64,000 nucleotides of DNA from Pseudovirgaria hyperparasitica (Eukaryota). Location: assembly GCA_010093815.1 (NCBI GenBank), contig ML996587.1; one strand, 5' to 3'. The notes beneath the pieces were generated by a model. It ran no database searches, had not been told where the DNA came from, and was given only the letters and a program-made list of their open reading frames with translations. How positions within the stretch are numbered: position 1 is the stretch's first letter; each line of letters starts with the position of its first letter. A program made the translations under genes and the position numbers. This document shows, piece by piece, positions 51,669-64,000 of the stretch.

Positions 51669-54415
51669 TATACTTATAGAATTACTTAATATAATCTATA
51701 TAGTTTATCTTAATAATATACTAATTTACTCTAATAATATATAGAATTAAAAAGAATATATAAAATTAATACTAAATTAGCTTAGATAGTATAAGCTCTA
51801 TATAAAGTTATCTAAATATAAGTTCTACTAATAAGAAGTTAGATTTCTTAGCTTTATTATAATATATAGTAGTCTAAAAATAGAGCTAGAGCGTATAAAG
51901 ACTATTATAGAATAGCTAGAATCTACTATTATATATTAAATTATAATATTTATAGATTTTATAAACTATTATTATAAATTTATTATAGACTTCTTATAAA
52001 TTATAGTACTACTTAATAAACTTACTAAGAATAGTAGTAAAATCTCTATAGATAGGCGAGTATAGTATAAAGCTAAGTTAGTTAAAATATAGTTAATACT
52101 AGAAGTATAAGATATATTCTAATTATTAAAGAATTACTTTATAACTATACTAATTCTTAGGTATTTTAATTCTAAGAAGTATATTTAGGTTATGACTAAT
52201 ATATTAGAATTTATAATTACTAGAATTATTAGTTAACCATATAAAGATATAAAAGATAAGATATAATAGTATCTAGTTACCTTCTTTTTCTATAAAATAG
52301 TAGATATAGAGACGTGTTATAATATATATAACTAGAAACTACTTATAATTATTAAGAGTTTTAAGTAATAGTAATATTATTTAGATAGCTCTATATATTA
52401 GATTAAATTATTATTAGATTATATAAATCTTTATTACTTTATATTAACTAAGGTTCTTAATTACTAATAAGTATATTAGACTAAGTAGATATTAATATTT
52501 AACTTTAAAATCTTATATAAAGCTAGAAGAGAGAATAAAGCTAATTCTCTATTATAGTATAAAGATTATAAGAAATTATTATAGAATAATATAGATAGTT
52601 AGTATAATCTAGACTATACTATACTATAGATACTATAAGACTAGTTATCTAATAGAATACTAGAAACTAGAATACTTTTAGTAATTCTCTATAGAAATTA
52701 GAGTAGATATTAAGTAATCTAAATAAATATCTAAGAAACTAAGAAAGCCCTTAAAGACTTAATTAAATCTATCTAGAATTCTAATATGTTAGTAAAGAAA
52801 GTTATAAGTATAAAAGGAAGCGCTATAGATTCGCTATAGTTATTAAGATAGAAATAATAATTAGATATAATCTACTTCTAAGACTAACTCTATATACTAG
52901 AGGGCGGCTTATAAATTAATATTTTAAGGGAATAGTATAATTATATATTAGTAGAATACTTTAGTATTATAAGAATAGTTAATTTAATCTAAAGAATATA
53001 TAACTAGCTAGGTCTTTATAAATATATAAAGGACTATATAAAAATATATAATATTTATAAGTATATAAAAGTATATAGATACTTACTATATAGTAAATTA
53101 AGACTATTACCTATACTAAAGAAGATATAAAAGAAATTATTAATAGACTTTATTATAGATCTATCTCTAAGTAAGTATTTTAGATATATTTATAATAGTT
53201 TACTTATAGTTCTAGATAGATCTATAAAGATATTATACTATATCTCTATAAGAGAGATAATCTAAGTACTAGATCTTATAGATGTACTACTCTATAATAT
53301 AGTTTAGCTCTATAGTATACTAAATAGTATAGTTTTAGATAGAGGTCTCTAGATAATATCTAAATTTTAGAAGAATTTCTACTATATACTAGGAATTAAG
53401 TAGAAACTTAGTACTATATTCTATCTATAAATAGATAGATAGATAGAGTAGTAGAATTAGATAGTTAAGGTATATTTATATATATATTATAACTATAAGT
53501 AGAATAACTAGATAAGGTTAGTCTATATTATAGAATTTATATATAATAATAGCTATTATATATTAACCTATATAAGTCCATTTAAAGTAACCTTTAGTTA
53601 GAACTATAATATATAGTTTTTATAAACTTAGTTTAAAGTAGAATAATCTAATATTAAAGTAATAGAAATTACTATAGAACTATTCTAAATATAAAGAAGT
53701 ATTATAAAGTTACTATAAGATACTATAGATTATAGTAAATTATACTATAATAAGAGTAGAAAACCTATAATCTTTAATATTAGAGATAAAGTTTTACTAA
53801 ATAGTAAGAATATTTATAGTATTAGACTAAAGAAAAAGCTTAACTATATAATAATAGATCTATATAAGATTACTTATATAATTAATAACTAGGTATATAA
53901 GTTAAAACTCCCTTCTATATTAAAGATATATAATATATTCTATATTATACTTCTTAAGCTATTTTATATCTTATTATTACTAGATTATTCTAAATAGATA
54001 CTATATAAAGTAGTTATATAAGAAGATATAGATATCTATAAAGTTAAGTAGATACTTAGCTAATAATATACTAAAGATAGTATATAGCTATATAAAATTT
54101 ATTAGAAAGAATATAATTCTAATAAAGATACTTAGAAACCTATAATAAATATTAGTAAAGTAGTAATATTAGTATATAAGTAGTAATTAGTAAAGAAAGC
54201 TATAGAATTATAGAGAATTATACTAAAGTATAGTAATTTAATATTTTTTAGTATAGTTTAGTACTAAGAATAGCTATCTAAAAGAAAGAAGATAAAAGAG
54301 ATATAGATCTTTAAAATATTCTAAGGAATTAAGAAACTTCCTTAGAAAGTTTAAACTTAGAACTTCCTTAGAAAGTTCGAACTTAGAACTCCCTTAGAAA
54401 GTTTAAACTTAGAAC

Positions 54416-54555
54416 TGTTAGGCACGTGCCTACCAGTTAATTATACATGTGTGCAGTAGTCGTATATAAGTAGTGTACTCCACCCTTAAAGTAGTAGCTT
54501 TAAGATTCGGTCCTTTTAGTATAGTTGGTTGGTGCATGGAGCCCGCCTCCTTACA
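54416..54555. mobile_element. 140-bp solo LTR of a family not otherwise seen in the window
   Basis: TGTTAGG...CCTTACA termini, 5-bp TSD AGAAC (54411-54415 and 54556-54560) and an internal TATATAAG. Confidence 0.85.
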
Positions 54556-55902
54556 AGAACTTTAAAAAAAGTTAAAAATAATTTACTAAGAGTAATAGAC
54601 ATTAAAAATCATTATTAATTAGTATAGATTAGTATAGATTACTAAAGAGTTTAAAGAAGTTATTTTTAAAGAAAGATAAAATTAAGAAAACTAAAAGAAA
54701 ATATAAAGATCTATATAGATCTATATAAATCTATATTAATCTATCTAGAAGAAGTAAGATTACTTTAAAATTAAAACTAAAAACTAAAAATACTAGATAA
54801 AAGAAATATATTAGTACTAATTAGTATAGATCTAAACTAATTAAGTTAGAGTAGATATAGAATAGCTAATTAATACTATAATTATATCTAAGTCTTTCTA
54901 CTAGTTCTTATTTAGTATAGAATAGAGCTTTATAATATAGGTCTCTAGTCTTTTATTCTAATACTATAAACCCTATATAATATATCTTATAGCTATAAAC
55001 TTCTCTATAGAAATCTATAGAGTAGTAGAAACTAGAGTAGAGAGAGACGGACTAGTATAGATATACTAAGAGTTATATAAATTAGTAAAAAGATTTAATA
55101 ATTAGTATAGAACTATATACCTTTAGTATAGAAACCTCTAGATTAGAGCTATTTTTACTAACTTTATAGCTCTTTAGTATATATAAGAATAGAATCTTAG
55201 TCTTTTCTCTAGAATTATTCTTAGGGATTTTAATATTACTAGTATATAGAAAAAAGTCTAAATTAATTAAGGTCTTAGTACTATTATATAGATTAATATA
55301 TATTAGTAAAGATTAGTAATAATTTAAGAAAAATAATATTACCTAGTAATTATAGTAATTATAGCTATAGTATACTTAGCTAGATTAGTATAGATCTTAT
55401 TAGAATTATACTTCTAGCTATAATATATACTATATTTATATAATTTATAGAAGGTCTCTTCTAAAGAATTCTAATTATTAGTACTATACTTCTTATTAGT
55501 AGTATTTAGGCGTTATCTAATATTAATCTATATAAATATAAGTAAATTAGTATAAAGCTTCTTAAACTTACTTAAATACCTATAAATAATAACGCTTCTT
55601 AGTTATATAAGTACTATAAGTTATAGATTTAGTATCCCTATATATATATACTAAAGAAAAATAATAACTATAGTAATATATACTTAGATTATTAGAGTCT
55701 AGTGAAGGTTAAGGTAGATTAATAGCTTTTAATATATTATTAATATATATAAGATAGAGATTATATAAAGACGTCTATTTCTATACTAATTACTTCTAAG
55801 TATTAAGATTTTAGAAAACTATATTATAATTATTACTAATTTATATAGATTCTTATAGATTATTATTATTATTAGCTAAAAATACTAAAAAAATTAGTAA
55901 GC

Positions 55903-57300
55903 TATTAGGGCTAACACTAGAATAGACTTAACTAGACTACTACGGTCTAGTACGGTCCCGTAAGAGATAGAATTAGAATTAAGTTAGCTAGATTAAGCGA
56001 GACTACTATATAAGTAGACTATATATACTTAATTTCTACTCTTTAGAAATTAACCTTATTATAAGAGTAGACTACCCTTTTAAATATATTTCTAAATCCT
56101 TCTATAATCTATTAGACTACTATTCTACGTCTATAATTCTTATATTTTAATTTCTTCTTTTATAGTATAATAGTAGTTTATAGAAATAGCTCTAACTACT
56201 TATTATAATACTTATAGTACCGCCTCTTATAGTAGACCTTCTCCTAACTTAAATAAGAAGAATAGTCTATCTATAACTACCTCTACTAATAACTATATCT
56301 TATAGACTATTATACTAATAACTTATATAATATTCTATATAACTATAGAAGATATAATAGAATATAAGAATAGAGTCTATTATACTCTATCTTAGTCTAG
56401 TTTAAACTATACTAGATCTAATCTTAATATAAGACTAGACTCTATTAATATTAATAAGTTAATTTATTAGCACTATCTAATATTAACTATACCCTATAAT
56501 AATATATATACTAGACTATATAAAGAGAGATAATATTATATTAGACTTAACTTAAGTAATAACTATATAAACTTAATAAAGCTTAAGAATATACTATAAG
56601 ACTTAAAGCTATATTATATACTTTAGTTCTAGTAATAATTAATTTATATCTATATAGATCTATACTAACTAAAATAGTCTATTCTAGTCTACTACTATCT
56701 TAATTACTCTAATCTAAGAAACTATCTTACTTTAATAGTAAAAGTAGAAAGAGTTTCTATATATAGACTTATTAATATAGTTAATTCTTCTATCTATTTA
56801 TAAATAATAGTAATAAAATTAGATTTATCTAGAACTATCTTAATCTAATACCTTTAGAACGTTAGATAGTATACTAAATTAAATATTCTAAGGATATCTA
56901 TAACTAGAATACGTTTACTAAATTTCTTCTCTAATATTTTAGTAATAGAGCTAAATAATATAAGTAGACCTAGGGCTATATCTTTAAGACTTAATAATAA
57001 GATAATTAGTTACTATTATAACTTCTTAAATACCTTTAGTCTCTCTAGAGAGAAGCTAAAGAAGATTATATAATTTAATAATATTATAACTTTAAACGGT
57101 CCCTTACCCTAAATATAAAGAACTATCTTAACCTTATAATAATAATCTCTATAGACCTCTAAGCTCTTATAAACCTTATAGAGTAATACTAGTATATAAT
57201 AAACAATTAATACCGTACTAGTATATAACTATCTCTAATAATCTAATCTAATATAAAATTATCTAACTAAAACTAATTTAGTAATAGATCTTAAGGAATA
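55903..57300 (+). mobile_element. Gypsy B2 fragment: 5' LTR (~55903-56144) and gag
   Basis: Colinear with the reverse complement of ~38650-40038, with many non-RIP differences. Confidence 0.85.
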
Positions 57301-60300
57301 TTATAATAATAATAATAATATTATATAACTAGGTAGAGTAGTACTCTATAGGCCTATACCTCCTCTAGTCTAAGCCACTATATAAGAAGAAACCCCATAG
57401 GGAAAAACTTCCTTATATCTATAACTACATCTTATTAAACCTCTATTTCGTCTTAAGTATATAGCTATAGGGTACGCCTATTAGTCTATAGCCTATATTA
57501 CCGTTATTTCGCCCTTAGGTAGCACGTGTAGGTATAGAGGTTATTAGTTAAGGGCTACCCTTAACTAATAATTAGGGTTCTCCCGGGGTTCTTCTAGTAT
57601 ATATCGGGTTACTACCGGCGTATACCGGGTCTCTTCTAGTATATATTTCCGGGTCTACTAGTACTAGAGAAGTAGTAGATATATAAGCATCTATCGGGAG
57701 ACGTCCTTAGGGTACTTATTAAGCTATTATACGATATCTAAAGTCTTCGTAACGTAGATAAGCTATTACTATTATATATAGAGGTTAGAGTATATAGCTA
57801 GATAGTAGCGTATTATACCTCTCCGGCCGTACGCCTTATACTATAGAGATATATTAGGGACGCCTCTCTTATAGAGGTAGTATAGAAGTCCCATAGCGCC
57901 TATTCGGGCTTAGATAAGTATAGATACTTAGGCTTTCGTTAGCCCTTTATATATCTATTTACTCGGTTCCTTCTATGGCCCTCGAATCTACTCTAGATAT
58001 CTATTCTACTAGGAGGTCTAGTAGGTATAGAGTGCCTCTTTCTACTTATCTTAAGTCCACGACCATATATTTTTTACGAGTTCTTAAAGGCTCTACCGGT
58101 CTAGGAGAGCGTCCGGGTTATCTCGGACTTCTTATACTACTTAGCTAGAGTCGGCTTCTATTAAGCACCTATACCGTATTCGATTCCGGCCTATATATAG
58201 GAGTACGCGGTAATATATACTAATTCGTATATATAGCGCGGCGAAAGTATATTCTATATTTTCTATACGTTCCTATACTTATTATTTAGTAAAGTATACC
58301 ACCCTCTATATCTAGTAGAAGTTATATATACTTATAACGTCTATCTCGCGTCGTAGTAGTACCGTGTTAGTAGCTTTATATACGCCTAATATAAGACGGA
58401 GTATACGGTTCTATATGGATTTAAGCTTTATTCGCCTAGTCTATATAAGGGCTGTATACTAGTACTCGTGTCTATACGTAAAGACGGGTCGTGCTATAGA
58501 TATATATAGCTAGCGTGCCTTATCCCGGGCGGTTCCCTACGTGGAGGCTATAATCCGTTATATAGCGGCTTCTATCTAGAGGGCCCTAGAGACGGCGTAT
58601 ACTACTTATGGTCCCTATTTAAGCTTACTATCTAGTATAACTCCGAGCGCGCGTATACTTTATACTAGTAGTTTATTAAATACGTCGATTCGGGGGCGTC
58701 GTTCGCCTTCCCTAGTTACCTATTTCCCTTAACGATTAATAAAGTATATAAGCTAGTATTTCTCCGGGGCGAACTTTACTCTATAGCGTTTTATCTACTA
58801 GAGGTACCTCTTATAGTCCTATTCTAGTCGTCTATACGTTCGGTTAGTATTATTATTAATAGCTAGAAGGTATATATTATCGGCGTATCCGACTACCTCT
58901 ATATACTTTATTTCTTAAAGAAGGTCTACCGTAAAGAAGAGGAATAGGATTAGAGAGATAGTGCTCCCTTATAGGATGCCGTATACCGTCTCTTTATATT
59001 CGCTCTAGTACCTAGGGATATGTATCTAAGTTATTCTTTCTATAAGGAATAACTATATAAAGCGTATAATCCATTCTAGTATTCGTCTTATCTAGAGGTT
59101 ATAAATAAGTCTTATATAGTTTACCTTATTAAACGCTCCGGCTATATCGAGGGAGAGGAGCGATACTACCCGTCTCTATTTCTATACGGCCTAGACGACT
59201 TTAATAATATATTAGATAGCTATTATTAGGGAGCTATCTACCTTTACCTTCTAGTTCGGAGGGAGGAGATTATATTTCTATACCGCGGTACTTATCTTCT
59301 TTACTATTATAGCCTCTAGTATCTTACCTAGGTAGGAGAGAAGGGCGATTAGTCTCTATCCCTTTAGGGAGTTAGGGCTCTTTCCTAGTTTCGGGAGTAT
59401 AATAGTATAGGCGACTCGGAAGTACTAGGGGTGGTACCCCTACGTGACGCATGCTTAGAATATACGAGTAATAAGCGGTAGGGTCGCCTTTATAGTTCTT
59501 TTTAGGTATCGATTTAGAATTCTATCTAGTCCGGGTACTTTATTATTTAGGAGTATCTTAATAATATTAAGTATATCCTCCTCCGTAACTTCTTTGGGGA
59601 TATCTACTATATATAGATATTTAGCGTTATGAACGTCTAATAGGTCTACTAGTTCCGGGAGAGGGAACATGGCCTCCCATAGGGCCTTAGTTTTCTTAAG
59701 GCCCGTGGAGTATATTCTCCCCTAATATATTAGGGGAGGTATAAGTGGCGGGGGTGTCGGAGTATCTACACCCTTAGCCTATTTCGCCATGCGCCATAGC
59801 CCTATTATATATCATATCTATTAACTAGTAATTATATACTACTATTTACGCCTTTCGTTACGGAGGACTTTATCGCGTTATTATATTACTTCCTTCTATT
59901 CTTTCTATAACTCGAGTGTTCTCGTACGGTATACGCGTCTATATAGCCTTTAGGCGTCTTATCTACTTTCCCGTACTTGAGGAATCCCCTTTACTTCTAG
60001 GGGCCGGTATATTTAGTATAGTACGTGTTTATTTCTCGTATTCTAGTATATTTATAGGAGTATCTATACGGCCTAGTCTATGGCTAGGTTATTAGATATA
60101 TCGACTATAGAGGGATCTAGGATCGCCGATTCTAGGTCCTTTAGATACTTTTCCTAGTCGGTATCCTTCTATATCTATTATCCCCGTTATTTATTCGGGG
60201 TATATATGTTTATTATAGTTTCTATATATTCATAGTCGGAATCCGTCTATACCTAGCCTAGGCGGTAGTATTAGATCTAGTAACTAATATACTCCGTAGC

Positions 60301-62585
60301 GAAGGTAAGGTTAAGTATAGACCCGTCTTTATCCTATTTATATTTTTTCTATATAACTTATTCTATAGATGTAAGTAGGTATAGAAAGTCGTAGTAGTGG
60401 GTGCGTAGTTCTCTTACTCTAAGTTCTTCTCTAACTATAGCTAGGCCTCCCTACTATTAGTAGTAGAGGTTAAAGTCTCCTAGGAGGATGTGTTACCCTA
60501 GTTCCGTAGTACCCTTAAGTATCTCGTCTAGTATAAGTACACGTTATTAGTTATATATGTTATATATATATAGGGGGCCTATATCTATTTATAGGTATAG
60601 TATTATCCTAAGGTTATCGCGCTTAGTATACGACTATAATAAGAGTAGTATTAACCTATAAATATGGAAGAGAACTCATCTTTCTAGTCCTAGAGGGTAT
60701 ATAGTATAGTATCCGGGGTGTATAGTTAGTTTACTCGTCTAGTAGTATTTATAGGGTTCCTAGATAGCGAGTATTATAGCCCCGGTCTCTTTAAGGAGCG
60801 TCGCCTAGTTCTCTCTTTTATATTATATATTTACCTATATAATTCGGAGTATATTCTAGTCCCTTATTAGGTACTAGGGAGTATATATATCTATATACTT
60901 ATTCCTCGGAGACGCGACTATCCTCACGCGGCAGCGGCTTTAACTATACCTTTTAGTCGTCCTATCATCTTCAGGATAATCTACTATCCCGCCTAACTAC
61001 CTTCCGGAGGGGAGGTTAGGGGTATTATAAAGGAAGGGCTCGTAGTAGGTATTATATTCTATAACTATCTCGCGCCTCTTACTTTTATCGTGCGAATATA
61101 TTCTATAACCTATTTACGTTTTATACACGTTAACGACTATAATAGATATTTTCCGTCGTAGTTTAAATACTATACTATATCCCTATTTCTTAGTCCGTCT
61201 CCTCGCGGTTTATAAGGGCACTTCTAGATAGTATAGTCCCCACGGTACTATCCGTACTTAGTCTTCTATAAGTACCTTTATATAGTGTGTCTATACCCTT
61301 AATAGTTAAAGTACTATATTATTATCTATACCCTATTCTATAGCTCGGCTATAAGAAGCTCTCCTTCTATTAGGAATCCCTCCTATATAATATGTTATAT
61401 AAGGGCGGGGTCTCGGAGCTCTATAATTATAGTAGAGTGTTTTTTTACCGTCGTCTTAATCGCCTATAGGTTCTTCTACCACGCTTTCACGATCTTAATC
61501 CCTAGGTATTTTCGCGTGTTAGATTATTCTATACGCGTAATATTCTCCGCTCCGATAGCCTATCCCTATATAGGTACTACGTGTACTATAATCGGGTATA
61601 TAGCTACCCTAATAGACGCGCTAGGGAAGATACTACCTATCATGTTCGGATCTCGCGAGATGTTTTACTATGTAGTATTTATTATAGTAGTAAGTACTAC
61701 TCTACCTAGTATAACTTTAGTAGCTACGACGCTTAACTATATTCCTTTCTATTTATTAATCTTATTTATAATTTCCTTTAGGGATACCTATTAGACCTAC
61801 GCTAGCGTGTTCTTATCCTAGATTACGATATATATACCATATACTCTATCTATAGTTCTAGTAGTCCTTAGTATAGTAGCTCCGGGTGTTACTATAATCT
61901 AAGCCTATATATTAGGGCGCTTATCTTAGGATAGCTCTTCCTAGATTCTCCGTAGACTAGCTTCTATTTAGTCGAGCCTACTACTAGGTTCCTCTCATAG
62001 CGACTTTCTTTCTTCCTCTATAATTCCTCTTAGGTTCTAGATAAGGTCCCGGAATATATAAAGAAGGGTCTTCTTTCCCTTCTTAGCGTCCCTCTCTATA
62101 TATATTATCTAGTATTCGATTTTATCTAGGAGGGTCTCCCCTCTTAGGGTCCCCTCGGTCTAGGTTATCTATAGCGCTTCGTACCCTTAGTTAGTTCCTA
62201 TATTTTAGATAGGTATCTAGCTATCTATATTAATGTCGCTATATAGTCGTTTCTACTATACTAGTAGGGGTATATCCGGCGTCTACTAGGGTATTATAAT
62301 ACCTAAGGCCGCCATAGTTATTAGTTAAGGGCAGCCCTTAACTAATAAAAGGGGGTTAGCGTGTTAGCGTTTATTGGATATAGTCTATACTCGTGTTATT
62401 AAAGAGTCTTTAAGCGTATATATATAGTGTCTCTATACGTTAGTATTATCGCGTATTATACGCTATACGTACGTACGTGTGTCGGAGGTTATTATACTCG
62501 GTATACTCTATTGTTTAATGTATATAAATCGCTGTTTTGCCCCGAATTAACCAGTTTGGTCCGTTGGGGTGTGAGAAGTTTTTTT
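57301..62585 (-). mobile_element. Full-length Tad1-like LINE (divergent subfamily), RIP-inactivated
   Basis: (AAT)n tail at 57301-57320 and 5' terminus at 62585. RT G-Y-A-D-N at ~58877-58891. ORF1 ATG GCG GCC retained near 62315. No TSD found. Confidence 0.93.
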
Positions 62586-64000
62586 CTATACTACTAACTA
62601 TATTATAAAGGTACTTAGAGTATATAAAGAAGTAAACTTAAAGTCTAAAATACTTATAATAGCTAAAGTATAGAATAAGTTTAATCTAAGATTTAGAGTA
62701 AGTATAGAGAAGCCTAGATTAAATATAGATCTAGATACCTTTTATAAATAGCTTAAATAGAAGTTATAGATCTAGCGGGAACTCTATAAGTAGAGTAAGT
62801 TTAACTATTTCTATTCTAGTAAAGTATTATAAGACTAGTATCTATTAAACTACTATTCTTAGAAAGAAAAAGAAGTTAGAAATAATAACTACTTTTATAG
62901 AAACCGCGGAATATAATATACTAGTAGTAGTAGATAAGAGAACTACCCTAATAAGTACTAGATAATAAAAGAAAGTAAGAAAATAATCTAAGTTATATCT
63001 TCTTAGATAAATAAGTAAAGATCTAGTAAAGAGTATAGTTAAAACTAATATTAAGGAAGAGACTATTAACTATATAATATAAACTATTAACTATATAAAG
63101 GGAATAGTAAGTATTAGCTAAAGAGCTTTAAAAAGATAATAATAACTTCTATATAAGTTAAGAGATAACTATATATAAAGCCGTAATATATCTATTATAA
63201 TATAGTATCTATAGAATTTCTTAACTAAGAAGGTTTATAGAATAAGAAAGACTTACTAGATAAAGATATAGATAGATAAGCTTAAGAGTAAGCTAAGAAA
63301 AGCTAGTTAGATAAGAAATCTTATAAGAAGTTAGCTAGAGTTTTCTTTATAAGAACTAAGGGAGTTAAGACTCTATTATTACTATTACTTAAGAAACTAT
63401 AAAGAAGTAGAAGAATAGTAGTAAAAAACTATTATATCTATAGATAAAAGTATCCTTCTAATAATAAGCTATATTAGTATATTATAGAAAAGTATCTAAA
63501 GAAGCTAGTAGATTATATATATATATAGTAGACGAGTTTCTATTATCTCTACTAGTACTATAAATTATTAAGAGTACTATAAAGTAGATAGAAACTAAAG
63601 ACTATTACTTTTATTATTAGAACTATATTATAATAAATATAATACTAAATAGTACTATAGAGCTAGAATTAATTATTATAGATACTAGAGTAAAGCTAAG
63701 TCTTATTAATAGAAACTAGCTAGCTATAGTACTACTAGATTATAAAAAGCATATTATAAAACTTATATATCTAACTATAGTTATAGATATTAGTAATAAG
63801 GTTTATAATAGTAATAAGTCTATTAAAATAACTCTAATAGTATCTACTAACTTAGAAGAAACTAATATTATAGTTACTATTAAGTATAAAGTATATATTA
63901 TTAAAAACCTAGTACTAAAACTACTAATAGATATAGATACTATTAGTCTAGAAGAAATAGATATTAAAGTTTAAAACTATATAATTACCTTTCTATATAG
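62586..64000 (+). mobile_element. Probable gag-protease relic of a third Gypsy family
   Basis: I-I-I-D-T-(G)-x-x-L-S-L-I at ~63672-63710 and L-I-(G)-x-D-T-I-x-(P)-E-x-I-D-I near 63925-63965 resemble a retrotransposon aspartic protease. Very heavily RIP-mutated. Confidence 0.55.

Larger units (their letters stand above)
31522..55902 (+). mobile_element. Gypsy family A host copy (5' LTR 31522-31749) split by four nested insertions and cut by a fifth at 55903
   Basis: Segments 31522-31930, 40044-41633, 49023-49733, 51684-54415 and 54561-55902 join into a continuous family A sequence once the TSD-bounded inserts are removed. The 3' LTR is not seen. Confidence 0.92.

Noticed and set aside
17274..61794. 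Small ORFs at 17274, 19772, 38832, 59455 and 61516
   Set aside because: They are chance stop-free pieces of RIP-mutated LINE or Gypsy sequence (59455 is LINE ORF2 and 38832 lies in Gypsy B gag), not genes.

Overview
Filamentous-ascomycete (Pezizomycotina-type) heterochromatin. Almost all of the window is transposon DNA degraded by repeat-induced point mutation (RIP): TpA is strongly enriched, CpA/TpG is depleted, and reading frames are full of TAA/TAG at former Gln/Trp codons. The only intact host gene lies in a ~2.7-kb GC-balanced island (~9550-12240). It is a two-exon SWIM zinc-finger gene with a (DEH)16 tract; the ORF track splits it in two. The rest is a nested cluster of: two chromodomain Ty3/Gypsy families (A, 228-bp LTR; B, 238-bp LTR; one complete TSD-flanked copy each, plus fragments), a third Gypsy gag-protease relic, Tad1-like LINEs, a tRNA-headed SINE, a 140-bp solo LTR, and the 3' part of a Helitron with an intron-containing passenger gene. 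Two systems stand out after mentally reversing RIP. (1) Both Gypsy families carry an antisense, spliced accessory gene between pol and the 3' LTR, with a Zn2Cys6-like motif ending CxxC-x6-C-L-Q at an equivalent intron and a C-terminal coiled coil; in family A this gene diverges between copies much more than pol does. (2) Non-autonomous retroposons (the SINE and an element with a long unidentified non-RT reading frame) share or swap LINE-type 3' tails. Readings of RIP-mutated sequence are by-eye reconstructions and need computational confirmation. There are two assembly gaps, one with an artefactual ~985-bp duplication.
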